Shown piece by piece: positions 40,375 through 49,935 of a DNA stretch of 64,000 nt (position 1 is the stretch's first letter; each line of letters begins with the position of its first letter). Made by a program: the position numbers and the translations under genes. The notes below the pieces were generated by a model. The model was not told the origin of the DNA. It saw only the letters and a list, made by a program, of their open reading frames with translations, and did not search any database. Origin of the DNA: an uncultured Spirochaetota bacterium (GTDB lineage: Bacteria > Spirochaetota > UBA4802 > UBA5550); the NCBI GenBank assembly GCA_963827275.1, contig CAWHAA010000007.1, positions 1 through 64,000 of the forward strand, given 5' to 3'.

Positions 40375-41943
40375 ATGGCCAAGGTGCTGATTGACCCCAT
40401 AACAAGGATTGAAGGTCACCTTTCAATTGAAATAGATGTCGAGAACGGGAAAATCGTTGACGCGAAGAGCATCGGTGACATGTTCCGCGGGTACGAGAAG
40501 ATCTTCCAGGGGCGGAACCCCCTTGATGCGAACCAGCTTTCACAGCGGATCTGTGGCGTGTGCCCGATTTCTCACGGCATCGCCTCCAGCAAGTGCCTCG
40601 AGGGCGCCTTTGGCATCAAACCGAACAACAACGGCAGGGTGCTCCGGAACCTCATGCTGGCAGCGAACTACATGCATTCGCACCTTATTCACTTCTATCA
40701 CCTGGCGGCACTGGATTTCGTGGACATAACCGCGCTGCTCAAATATACCGGCGGCGATTCAGGCATGAACAGGCTGAAAGCGTGGGTGGAGAGCGAGGTA
40801 AAGGCAAAGAAAGGACGGGCGGACGCGATTACCGCGGGCGCTCCCTTCCTGCCGCGCTACGAGGGCAACTTCTATATCAAGGACGTCGATACCAACATCG
40901 ACGCCATTGCCGGTTACGTCAAGGCGCTGGAGATGAGGATGAAGGCCCACAAGATGGTTTCCGCCATCGGCGGCCGCGCTCCCCATGCCATTGGCCTTGT
41001 TCCCGGCGGCGTGACCCAGGTGCCGACGCGGGCAATAATCAAGGAATACAAGAAGCACATCGGCGAGATCGAGAATTTCATAAACGACGTGTACATGAAC
41101 CACGTGATCGCGGTGGCAAAGGCCTTTAAAGAATACTTCAAGATCGGCTCCTTCACCAATTTTATGTCATATGGCCTATTCGAACAGGATGCAGAGGAGA
41201 AGAAGCATTTTTCATGCAGCGCGGCGTGGCGTACGGGACCAGGCTGGAGAGCTTCGACGCCAACAAGATCAAGGAGCAGGTCAAGTACGCGCGGTACAGC
41301 TCCGGCTCGGACCTGCATCCGTACAAGGGACAGACCGAACCGCAGCCCGGAAAGGGCGGGGCCTATACCTGGCTCAAGGCGCCGCGGTACGACGGCAACG
41401 CCATGGAGGTCGGCCCCCTGGCCCGCGTGGTCATCAGCTATCTCTCCGGCAACACAGCGGTCAGGAGCGAAGTCGATACCCTGCTCGAAGGCCTTCAATG
41501 CCGACATAAACGCCGTGTTCTCTACCCTCGGACGGCATGCCGCCCGCGCCATCGAGGCGAAGCTCATCATCGCGGAGATGCCGAAGTGGATCGACGAGCT
41601 TGAAGTGAACGGCAAACCCCGCAGCACCTTCGATATTCCCGACACCGGCGAAGGCATGGGCCTCGTCGAAGCGTCTCGCGGAGCGCTCGGCCACTGGATC
41701 GTGGTGAAGGACAAGAAGATCGCCAACTACCAGGCGGTTGTCCCGACCACCTGGTTCTGCGGTCCGCGTGACGACAAAGGGGGCAGGGGCCCGGTAGAGC
41801 AGGCGCTTATCGGCACCCCGATATCCGACCTGAAGAATCCGATCGAGGCCGCCCGGGTGGTGCGGTCCTTCGACCCCTGCATCGCGTGCGCGGTCCATGT
41901 CGTCGAGGGAGACAGGGAGATCGGGACGTACAAAGTCTGTTAG
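40375..41943 (+). CDS. [NiFe] hydrogenase large subunit with two compensating frameshifts (about 41210 and 41487)
   Basis: DPITRIEGH, RICGVCPISH, SFDPCIACAVH. The conserved middle part (YTWLKAPRY...EVGPLAR) lies in the frame of ORF 41214..41603. Confidence 0.95.
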   Translation: MAKVLIDPITRIEGHLSIEIDVENGKIVDAKSIGDMFRGYEKIFQGRNPLDANQLSQRICGVCPISHGIASSKCLEGAFGIKPNNNGRVLRNLMLAANYMHSHLIHFYHLAALDFVDITALLKYTGGDSGMNRLKAWVESEVKAKKGRADAITAGAPFLPRYEGNFYIKDVDTNIDAIAGYVKALEMRMKAHKMVSAIGGRAPHAIGLVPGGVTQVPTRAIIKEYKKHIGEIENFINDVYMNHVIAVAKAFKEYFKIGSFTNFMSYGLFEQDAEEKKHFSCSAAWRTGPGWRASTPTRSRSRSSTRGTAPARTCIRTRDRPNRSPERAGPIPGSRRRGTTATPWRSAPWPAWSSAISPATQRSGAKSIPCSKAFNADINAVFSTLGRHAARAIEAKLIIAEMPKWIDELEVNGKPRSTFDIPDTGEGMGLVEASRGALGHWIVVKDKKIANYQAVVPTTWFCGPRDDKGGRGPVEQALIGTPISDLKNPIEAARVVRSFDPCIACAVHVVEGDREIGTYKVC

Positions 41944-41964
41944 CACAACTATCTTGTTATAATT

Positions 41965-41997
41965 CAAAAAGGCCGCTGCAGTGCAGCGGCCTTTTTG
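41965..41997. terminator. Bidirectional intrinsic terminator
   Basis: CAAAAAGGCCGCTGCA-G-TGCAGCGGCCTTTTTG between convergent genes. Confidence 0.85.
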
Positions 41998-42023
41998 TTC
42001 TCACGGTCGGTGACGGGGTTTCG

Positions 42024-42689
42024 TTACAGCGTTTCGAATTGGGGCAGGTACTTGACGCTGTAGTGCGTCTCCTTGCCGATGATGTCGCGCACGATCGCGG
42101 CCGCCCTGTCGCCATTGCCTTCTTCAATGCACTGCTGGGCCTGCGTGAAAAGCTCGACCGGCTCCATGAGGCTTTCACTGCGGAGCTTCTGAGAAGCGTA
42201 CTGGACGCGCCGGCATGAGGGCCAGAGGTCTTTCAGAAGAATGTTCAGTACGACGTTCTTTGCCGCCTTGAGGCATGCAATCTCGTAGTCTATAAGCGCG
42301 TCAAAATACTCCCGGCGGTTGTTGTTCCTGGCGCAATCCTCCATCAGGGAAAGGCATTTTGCCATTGCGCGGTGCTCCTCCTTGGTGCCGAACTCCGCCG
42401 CTTTTCTCGCGACCAGCCCGTATATCTCTTTCAGGATATCGCCGGTGCAGATGATGACCTTTTCGTTCAGCATCGACACGCGGGCCTCGCGGCGCGGGAT
42501 CAGCTCGACCAGCCATTTTTTTTCAAGGATGCGCAGGGCCTCGCGGAGCGGGCTGCGGCTCACACCGAGGTCCCTGGCGAGGTCTTCCTCGATGAAGCGT
42601 TCGCCCGGCTTCAACTGGAACAGGATAATTTTATCTGCAAGGTACTGGGCGATCTGCTCGGCCAGGTTTTTTGACGGTTTGAAGTCCAT
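42024..42689 (-). CDS. GntR-family regulator (FCD type)
   Basis: LKPGERFIEEDLARDLGVSRSPLREAL. Confidence 0.9.
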   Translation of the reverse strand: MDFKPSKNLAEQIAQYLADKIILFQLKPGERFIEEDLARDLGVSRSPLREALRILEKKWLVELIPRREARVSMLNEKVIICTGDILKEIYGLVARKAAEFGTKEEHRAMAKCLSLMEDCARNNNRREYFDALIDYEIACLKAAKNVVLNILLKDLWPSCRRVQYASQKLRSESLMEPVELFTQAQQCIEEGNGDRAAAIVRDIIGKETHYSVKYLPQFETL

Positions 42690-42801
42690 AGTTGCACCCC
42701 TCCGTTAAGAGAAGATAATCACCTATTTTTGTAAAGGATTTTTCCGTCCAATCGGTCTGCAAAATTGATATCAGGAACATGCCGTTCATCAGATAAAGAA
42801 A

Positions 42802-43260
42802 TCACTTCTGCCAGTTCTGGAGTTCGATGATGTTCCCATCCGGATCATTTGCATAGACAAACGTCAGCAATCCGGCACCTTCAATCTGCTTTATGACAAT
42901 CCTTCCCATCCTGCTTCCGCCGCCGGCAATGACTTCCTTAAGGGCTTTTTCGACGTTATCAACGCGAAAAGCGATGTGGGCAAGGCCGGTCTGGTTAACC
43001 CTGTGTCTTTTACCGTGAACGGTTGAATTGTACTGGAATATCTCCAGGGTGGGCCCGGCGTCGCCGTAGCCCGGCAGGCGAAGATGTGCGCCCCGCACAT
43101 GCGCACCCGGCACGCCGGTGCCTTCTTCGATCCAGGTGCCGGACATGTCGCGTTCCGGCAGAACCCGTCTGCAGCCGAATACTGATTCATAAAAGCGGGC
43201 CAGCTTCTCCCAGTCGTCGGATATGATATTGGTGTGGACGAATTTAGCGCTTTGAATCAT
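42802..43260 (-). CDS. VOC / glyoxalase-family protein
   Basis: Motifs HTNI, FYESVFG, LEIFQY, GLAHIAF and DPDGNIIEL. Confidence 0.9.
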   Translation of the reverse strand: MIQSAKFVHTNIISDDWEKLARFYESVFGCRRVLPERDMSGTWIEEGTGVPGAHVRGAHLRLPGYGDAGPTLEIFQYNSTVHGKRHRVNQTGLAHIAFRVDNVEKALKEVIAGGGSRMGRIVIKQIEGAGLLTFVYANDPDGNIIELQNWQK

Positions 43261-43350
43261 GGCGTTCCCCCGATGCAGTATGATTGTGCATGAGTACGGT
43301 TTTTATCTGCTTCATCAAGTTACTTTTGACTGTCCGCGGCAATAAAATCA

Positions 43351-43398
43351 TTGACAGGTTTCACTGATGGGTATAAAATGTACCAAATGGTCGGTATA
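43351..43398 (+). promoter_or_regulatory. Sigma70 promoter with a downstream candidate TetR operator
   Basis: TTGACA(43351)-17-TAAAAT(43374), followed by the imperfect palindrome GTACCAAATGGTCGGTATA. Confidence 0.55.
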
Positions 43399-43426
43399 AT
43401 AATGAATTAAAGGGGGTGACACGGCC

Positions 43427-44009
43427 ATGTTAAAAGGTGAAGCAGACCCGCGCACGCGTGCTTGATGCCGCTATCACCTTGATAAACCGGAAGGGGTTCA
43501 GAAATACCAGCGTCCAGGACATCATCGACGTAACCGGGGTGAAAAAGGGGAACCTCTATTTTCATTTCTCCAGCAAGGACGAGCTGGGCCGCTCCCTCAT
43601 CAGGGAAGCGGGTGACCGGTATTTCGAGTACCTGGCAAAGAGCGTCACCAGCGAGGACCCACTGGGCAAGATAAAGGACGTCCTCGGCGCGGTCCTTGCC
43701 TATCATCGCCGAAGGGGTTTCGTCGGCGGTTGCATATTCGGAAATACCGCACTGGAGATGGGCGATTCTGACGGTGAATTCAGCGCTCTGGTATGTGAAG
43801 TGTTCGACCGGTGGGAGCGCGTCCTGGCCGGTTATCTCGGAGAGGCGGGGAGAAAGGGGAAGCTTCCCGCGGGCATCAAGCCGGGGCCAATGGCGCGGCA
43901 CATTGTCGCCGCGATGGAAGGGAGCATAATGATGGCCCGCCTGCGCAAGCGGGAAGAGCCGCTGGTGGAATGTATCGGCTATATAAAAAAGCTGCTCGGG
44001 ATGAAATAG
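43427..44009 (+). CDS. TetR-family regulator (LmrA/YxaF/NemR-like); probable extra base near 43441
   Basis: KGNLYFHFSSKDEL and GGCIFGN. RBS plus ATG43427 gives MLKGE, which joins QTRARVLDAA after a 1-nt shift. The ORF track uses GTG43437. Confidence 0.88.
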
Positions 44010-44055
44010 CTTTTCGTGACACGCCACTTAAGAAGGTAAGAGGGGGAACATCTGT

Positions 44056-45177
44056 ATGTTAACTCGTGAAAGCATCATCGAAGAAGCGCTCCGGCTCGGT
44101 TTCGGCGATATCGGGTTTACCACCGCTGAGCCCTTTGAGTCGCACCGCGCCTGTCTGGCCGGCAGGCAGGAGGAATACGGCTGGGCGGAGCGGGCGGGGC
44201 TGGCCCTCATGGACGGCGTGGACCCGAAAACGGTCCTCCCCGGGGCGAAATCGATCATCGTGCTGCTCGATGTTTATTTCCAGGAATCATTTCCGCCGTC
44301 ACTGGAAGCGAATTTCGGCCGCTGTTACCTTGATGATGACCGCCTCACGAAGGACGGCCTTGCACTCAGGATCAAGTCATTCCGGGCTTTCCTCCGCGAC
44401 GGGGGCATCGACTCAAAAGTCCCCTTCAACCTTCCGCACCGCGTCGCTGCCGCGCGGGCGGGGCTCGGTACGTTTGGCAAGAACTGCCTGCTCTTCGCTA
44501 ACAGGACGGCGCGGCAGAGCTCATGGGTCCTGCCGATAACTATCGTGGTTGACCGCGAGTTCGCGCCTGACGAACCGACGGTCGCCATGAGCTGCCCCGA
44601 CTGGTGCCGGAACGCCTGCATCGCCGCCTGTCCGACCAGGGCCCTCAGGGGGAACGGCACCATCGATCCCCGGAAGTGCATCTCGTACATGACCTATTTC
44701 GGGAGGGAGATCACGCCGCTGGAGCTGCGCGAACCGATGGGCATGTACGTGTACGGGTGCGATATCTGCCAGAACGTGTGCCCGCGCAACAGGCCCTGGC
44801 TTGCGCAGGAGCTTCCGAAGAACGGCCGCGTAGCGGCGAAAGCGGGGAATTTCGAACTCGCGGCGCTCCTCCACATGGACCGGGACTACTTCGCCGCGAA
44901 GGTGTGGCCGCACATGTTCTACATGTCGCCGGACGACATCTGGAAATGGAAGATGAACGTTGCGCGGGTGATGGGGAACAGCCTGGACCGGCGCCATGTC
45001 CCGGACCTCGTCCGCGCCTTTGGTGAAAACGGGGATGAGCGCGTCAGGGGGATGATCGCCTGGGCCCTCGGCCGTATCGGCGGCGTCGCGGCGGGAGAGG
45101 CCCTCGGCGCGTTTCAGAAAACGAGCGGGGGCGCGGTGCTCGGGGAGATAACCGCCGCCCTTTCCATGTTGAAATAA
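44056..45177 (+). CDS. Epoxyqueuosine-reductase (QueG)-like Fe-S/cobalamin-family protein
   Basis: AARAGLGTFGKN, CPDWCRNACIAACP, KCISY, GCDICQNVCP, C-terminal HEAT-like WALGRIG. Confidence 0.8.
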   Translation: MLTRESIIEEALRLGFGDIGFTTAEPFESHRACLAGRQEEYGWAERAGLALMDGVDPKTVLPGAKSIIVLLDVYFQESFPPSLEANFGRCYLDDDRLTKDGLALRIKSFRAFLRDGGIDSKVPFNLPHRVAAARAGLGTFGKNCLLFANRTARQSSWVLPITIVVDREFAPDEPTVAMSCPDWCRNACIAACPTRALRGNGTIDPRKCISYMTYFGREITPLELREPMGMYVYGCDICQNVCPRNRPWLAQELPKNGRVAAKAGNFELAALLHMDRDYFAAKVWPHMFYMSPDDIWKWKMNVARVMGNSLDRRHVPDLVRAFGENGDERVRGMIAWALGRIGGVAAGEALGAFQKTSGGAVLGEITAALSMLK

Positions 45178-45203
45178 GGAGGAATGCCGGCGGGACCACT
45201 ACA

Positions 45204-45323
45204 ACCGGCGGCATAGCAGAATATCACGACGCCGATCTTGTTCATGACGGGAAACCGGTAACAGAGATAGATGGCGATGGCGGGGAACAGGAGATACAGT
45301 GCGATCAGCAGCGGCACTTGCAT
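45204..45323 (-). pseudogene. 5' fragment of a DUF819-like membrane protein gene
   Basis: AAGGAGG RBS then MQVPLLIALYLLFPAIAIYLCYRFPVMNKIGVVIFCYAAG, after which the frame runs into the antisense of the QueG-like gene. Confidence 0.6.
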
Positions 45324-45335
45324 AGGGCCTCCTTG

Positions 45336-46568
45336 TTATGATAGTATATTCAGGAACACCGTTATGATGATTGCATTTGCGAAATCGATGAAGAAGGCGC
45401 CCACGATGGGCACCACCAGGAAGGCGCGCTTTGCCGGGCCGTAACGCTCGGTGAGGGACTCCATGCTCGCCATGGCGTTGGCCGTGGTGCCCAGCATGAA
45501 CCCGCAGAAACCGGCGCAGGTGACCGCCGCGTCATAGTCCTTGCCGAACAGGCGGAAGAGGGGCCAGAAGCAGGCGGCGCCTACAACGAGGACCTGCGCG
45601 GCCACGACCGCCAGCATGGGTACCGCCACGCCCGCCAGTTCCCACAGCTTCAGCGTCATCATGGCCATGGCAATGAAGAGGGTAAGGGCGACGGTGCCGA
45701 TGTCGTCGATGGTCTTCTGCGAAAGGGCAAGCATGCCGGTCCAGTCGGCGAGGTTGCGGAGAATGGCGCCGGCGAACATGGCGCCGATATAGGCGGGCAG
45801 CGTGAACCCGATCGCCGTGAAGGCGTTGCTGATCCAGTGCCCGATCCACATGGCGGCCAGTATGGCGGTCAGGTTTTTCAGCAGCACGTAGGCCGTCGGG
45901 TCTTCGCCGGAGGGCGGTTCGGCCTCGTCTTCGTCCATCCGCTCCTCCACGAGCTCCGCAAGGGCCGGCACGCGGTCATGGGGTGGCCTGCCCGCGCCGT
46001 GACGCAGGCGGTAGCGCTCGATGAGCCAGGTGCCGATGGGGGCGCCGATAAGGCCGCCGCTGATGATGCCGGTCATGGCCGAAGCCACCGCCAGGGACGA
46101 CGCGCCGGGGACGCCGGCCTTCTCGAAGAGGGGAGCGAAGGCGAGGCCGGTGGCGGGTCCGCCCACCAGGGTCACCGAGGAGTTGAAGACGCCGAAGAGC
46201 GGGTCCTGCCCCAGTGGTACCGCGACGGCGATTCCCAGCGCGTTCTGCAGTATCGTGAAGAGGATTGCTGTCGCCAGGAAGGTGAATATCTTCGGTCCGC
46301 CGGTCCTGAACAGCGACAGGCTGCTGCCGAAGCCGATGGAGGTAAAGAAGGCCGTCATGAGGGGGGCCTGGAGTGTCGTATCAAAGCTGAAAGGCTGCTC
46401 GACCGTGCCGCGGGCAGCGAGGTGGATGAGCGCGACCAGCAGGCCGCCGAGGACCGGCGCCGGCAGGTTGTATCGCGCCAGCGGCGGGACCGCCCTCCGG
46501 ATGCCGTAGCCGAGGAAGATAACCAGCCCGGCAAAGGCCAGGGTCTGTATCATGTCGAGAGCGATCAT
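45336..46568 (-). CDS. gltS: Sodium/glutamate symporter
   Basis: Motifs YNLPAPVLGG, FFTSIG, TLVGGPATG and AFLVVPIVGAFFID. Confidence 0.9.
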   Translation of the reverse strand: MIALDMIQTLAFAGLVIFLGYGIRRAVPPLARYNLPAPVLGGLLVALIHLAARGTVEQPFSFDTTLQAPLMTAFFTSIGFGSSLSLFRTGGPKIFTFLATAILFTILQNALGIAVAVPLGQDPLFGVFNSSVTLVGGPATGLAFAPLFEKAGVPGASSLAVASAMTGIISGGLIGAPIGTWLIERYRLRHGAGRPPHDRVPALAELVEERMDEDEAEPPSGEDPTAYVLLKNLTAILAAMWIGHWISNAFTAIGFTLPAYIGAMFAGAILRNLADWTGMLALSQKTIDDIGTVALTLFIAMAMMTLKLWELAGVAVPMLAVVAAQVLVVGAACFWPLFRLFGKDYDAAVTCAGFCGFMLGTTANAMASMESLTERYGPAKRAFLVVPIVGAFFIDFANAIIITVFLNILS

Positions 46569-46813
46569 GCGGGAAATGAAACACGCATGGAGCGCGGCGT
46601 CAATGAATAAATTTATGATTGCTGCCGCGGCAGCGCGCACCGTAGAAATTATCCTTGAATAATTATGCGTCGGATAGTATACTGATACTAACACGGATGG
46701 ACCGGCTTCGGAAAAATAATCCGTGCGCGCGTGCCCGGCATGCCGGGCGGGGGAGATGGGACCGGGATGAGAAACGGGTCTTCGGGCGACCGCTGAAATG
46801 TGAGGTTGAGTGT

Positions 46814-48712
46814 ATGGACCGACGCAGGGGCGACTACTACCAGATGTGGAAGGACCGGTTCCCGGAGAAATTCGCGTCCGAGGACGCGATTTTTGCCAGG
46901 ATCCACCGCGGCGACCGGATATTCATCAGCACCGCCTGCGGCGAGCCGCAGTACCTGGTGGCTTCAATGGTTAAGTACGCCGAATCCCACCCCAAGGCGA
47001 TCGTGGATGCGGAGATGATGCAGGTCTGGACCCTCGGGGTCGCGCCCTACACGGACCAGAAGTTCGGGAATATCTTCAGGCATAATTCATTTTTTGTCGG
47101 CGACAACACGCGGGGATCGGTGAATACCGGCATGGCGGATTACACGCCGATTTTCCTTTCCCGCATTCCGCAGCTCTTCCGCAACAAGATGATACCCATC
47201 GACGTGGCGCTCATACAGACGTCGCTGCCCGATCAGAACGGGTATGTGAGCGTGGGAGTCAGCGTGGACATCTGCATGGACGCGATCGAGAACGCCTCGC
47301 TCATCATCGCGCAGGTGAATCCCCGCATGCCCCGTGTTCACGGAGACACGTTCCTTCACATGCAGGACATCGCCTATGTCGTAGAGCATGCCGAGGAGCT
47401 CCTTGAGTACAACCCGGCGGTCCCTGACGAGATCGCGAAGCAGATCGGCCAGTATGTCGCCAGTATCGTCAATGACGGCGATACCATACAGGTGGGGTAC
47501 GGGAGCATGCCCAACGCGATCATATCCAGCCTGGGCGAAAAGAACAACCTGGGGATCCACACCGAGCTCTTTTCCCAGTACATGGTTGACCTCATAAAGA
47601 AGGGCGTTGTCGACAATTCGAAAAAAACCCTGGACAGGGGCAAGACCGTGGCCTCGTTCTGCATGGGCGTGAAAGAGACATACGAATTCATCGACGACAA
47701 TCCTTTTGTTGAGTTCAAGCGCATCAATTACACCAACAATCCTCTCATTATCGCCCAGAACAGCAACATGACCGCCATCAACGCGGCGCTCCAGATCGAC
47801 CTGACCGGCCAGGCGACCGCCGAATCGATCGGCAGCCAGTTTTTCAGCGGGATCGGCGGGAGCGCGGACTTCATGCGCGGCGCGATGTATTCCCCGAACG
47901 GGAAGACGATACTGGTGCTCCAGTCCACGGCGCGGGGCGGCGAGGTCTCGCGGATCGTACCGCTCCTTGACCCGGGCACCGGCGTGACGCTGAACCGGGG
48001 CGATATCAATTACGTCGTCACCGAGTACGGCATCGCCTACATCCACGGCAAGAACATACGCGAGCGCGCGATGGACCTTATTTCCGTCGCGCACCCGAAG
48101 TTCAGGCCCCGCCTGATCGAGGAGGCGAAGCGGCTGAACCTGATTTACAAGGACCAGGCGTTCATACCGGGGAAGCGTGGCGAGTATCCCGAGCAGCTCG
48201 CGACCTACCGGACCACGCGCGACGGGACCCTCCTCAAGATACGGCCGGTGAATATCAACGACGAGACGATCATCAAGGACCTGTTCTACTCGCTCTCGGA
48301 CCAGAGCTTCCAGCGCCGGTTCATGTCAACACGGCTTGACATGACCCACGAGCGGCGCCAGGAGTTTGTGGTGATCGATTACACCAAGGAGCTGGTGCTG
48401 CTCGCCCTTGTCGTGACCCCGCACAAGGAGATACCGGCCGGCATGGGGCAGATGATAAAAGACGAGAAAAGCCATACCGCGGAGGTGGCCTTCGCGGTCA
48501 GCGACAGCATGCACAACAGGGGGATCGGGAGCGAGCTTCTGGCGTACCTGATACTCCTGGCCAAGCGCGAGGGCCTCCTGGGCTTCACCGCGGAGGTATT
48601 GATGGAGAACAGGCCGATGCTCCACGTGTTTGAAAAGATGTTCCCGAATATCGAGAAGAAAATCGAAGAGGGCGTGTACGAACTGGTCCTCCGTTTCTCT
48701 GATTCCGCGTAA
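46814..48712 (+). CDS. Acetyl-CoA hydrolase / 4-hydroxybutyrate CoA-transferase family protein fused to a C-terminal GNAT domain
   Basis: ADYTPIFLS, LGIHTE, QIDLTGQ, YVVTEYG; GNAT motifs AEVAFAVSD...RGIGSEL and ENRPMLHVF. Confidence 0.9.
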   Translation: MDRRRGDYYQMWKDRFPEKFASEDAIFARIHRGDRIFISTACGEPQYLVASMVKYAESHPKAIVDAEMMQVWTLGVAPYTDQKFGNIFRHNSFFVGDNTRGSVNTGMADYTPIFLSRIPQLFRNKMIPIDVALIQTSLPDQNGYVSVGVSVDICMDAIENASLIIAQVNPRMPRVHGDTFLHMQDIAYVVEHAEELLEYNPAVPDEIAKQIGQYVASIVNDGDTIQVGYGSMPNAIISSLGEKNNLGIHTELFSQYMVDLIKKGVVDNSKKTLDRGKTVASFCMGVKETYEFIDDNPFVEFKRINYTNNPLIIAQNSNMTAINAALQIDLTGQATAESIGSQFFSGIGGSADFMRGAMYSPNGKTILVLQSTARGGEVSRIVPLLDPGTGVTLNRGDINYVVTEYGIAYIHGKNIRERAMDLISVAHPKFRPRLIEEAKRLNLIYKDQAFIPGKRGEYPEQLATYRTTRDGTLLKIRPVNINDETIIKDLFYSLSDQSFQRRFMSTRLDMTHERRQEFVVIDYTKELVLLALVVTPHKEIPAGMGQMIKDEKSHTAEVAFAVSDSMHNRGIGSELLAYLILLAKREGLLGFTAEVLMENRPMLHVFEKMFPNIEKKIEEGVYELVLRFSDSA

Positions 48713-48719
48713 TGTCCTG

Positions 48720-49286
48720 TTATGCGTAAATGACGGCGATGATGCGGGCCGGCCTGTCGTCCGCGCAGGCGACATGGTGGTTCAGCGAGGAATCGTAGTA
48801 GATGCTGTCCCCCGGCTCAAGGATGTCCGCGTGATCGCCAAGCTGTATCTCGACCCTGCCATCAAGTACATACAGGAATTCCTCCCCGTCATGGCTGTAG
48901 GGCACGCCTTTTTTTGACGCCGGCTCCAGCGTGACCAGGAACGGCTCCATCTTCCGGTTTATCTTTTCCGGGGCGAGCGATTCGTATGAGTAGCCGTACC
49001 GGACCCCTTCCTTTGACGCCACGCGGGACGTCGGCACCCTCTCGTCCCTGCGCACGATGGTGAAGGGCGCGGTGCCCTTCTGGTTGAAGAGCCTCCCTGT
49101 TTCAATCCCAAGGGCGCGGGCGATCTTCATCAGCGCGCCCAGGGGCGGCGATATGAGGTGGTTTTCGAGCTGCGAAAGAAACGCGGGAGAAAACCCCGTC
49201 CGTTCCGCCAGGTCGCCGAGCGACAGGCCGCCGGTTTCACGGTACTTCTTGATCTTTTCGCCAACGTTAACATCTGTATCGCTCAT
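48720..49286 (-). CDS. XRE-family HTH regulator with cupin domain
   Basis: LSLGDLAERTGFSPAFLSQLEN; HDGEEFLYVLDG; GDSIYYDS. Confidence 0.92.
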   Translation of the reverse strand: MSDTDVNVGEKIKKYRETGGLSLGDLAERTGFSPAFLSQLENHLISPPLGALMKIARALGIETGRLFNQKGTAPFTIVRRDERVPTSRVASKEGVRYGYSYESLAPEKINRKMEPFLVTLEPASKKGVPYSHDGEEFLYVLDGRVEIQLGDHADILEPGDSIYYDSSLNHHVACADDRPARIIAVIYA

Positions 49287-49725
49287 ACGGCCTCCACCGG
49301 GCAATCAGTAATACAATAAATCAAATTTGTAAAGATAAATCTGTCAAATAGAATTTTACCGGGTACCCGCAGCGTCCGGGTACGGGCAATGTATTGACGG
49401 TGCCCCGCATTGTAATTTACAGAGACCTGGCTGGTGACAACGATGGGTCGTCCCGCCTTCGACAGAGTCGGTACATGCCGGTTCCATGGGCCCGGAGGCA
49501 GCAAAAAATTGCTCATGGACGGCAACGCGGCCGCCACCGACAATGTCGCCGGGGCCTGTTATTTTTATACCTGCCCGGACAGATTTTGTTGACTTTAAAA
49601 AGGTAAATTTTGTACAGTGGATATGATAATGATTATGTTTTGATTGACTAATTTTTATAATCATTATATATTCGATTAAAGAGTATTTTAATAATAACTA
49701 AAAAGTTAAATAGGATTTTCAATTA

Positions 49726-49935
49726 GTGGCATATATAAAAATTGATGCTGACAGATGCAAGGGCTGTTACTTCTGCATCAAGTTCTGCCCGAAGCAGCTT
49801 ATAGTCGTGTCTGACAGGCACAACCGGGTGGGCTACTTTCCCGCGCTGTTTCTCCAGGAAAAGGAAGACCAGTGTACCGGATGCAAGACCTGCGCCCTCA
49901 TGTGCCCTGATGTCGCCATCGAGGTGTTTAAATGA
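49726..49935 (+). CDS. 2-oxoacid:ferredoxin oxidoreductase delta (ferredoxin-like) subunit
   Basis: CKGCYFCIKFCP and CTGCKTCALMCPD; first gene of the operon. Confidence 0.88.
   Translation: MAYIKIDADRCKGCYFCIKFCPKQLIVVSDRHNRVGYFPALFLQEKEDQCTGCKTCALMCPDVAIEVFK

Noticed and set aside
41208..41490. Programmed double frameshift or dual-coding region in the hydrogenase
   Set aside because: There is no convincing slippery site with a stimulatory structure, and similar indels occur across the window, so sequencing error is simpler.
41860..41900. Selenocysteine in the hydrogenase large subunit
   Set aside because: The codon in DPC is TGC; there is no in-frame TGA.
49311..49600. Possible ncRNA in the long XRE-VOR intergenic region
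   Set aside because: It is GC-richer than its flanks, but I found no convincing stems or known riboswitch motif.
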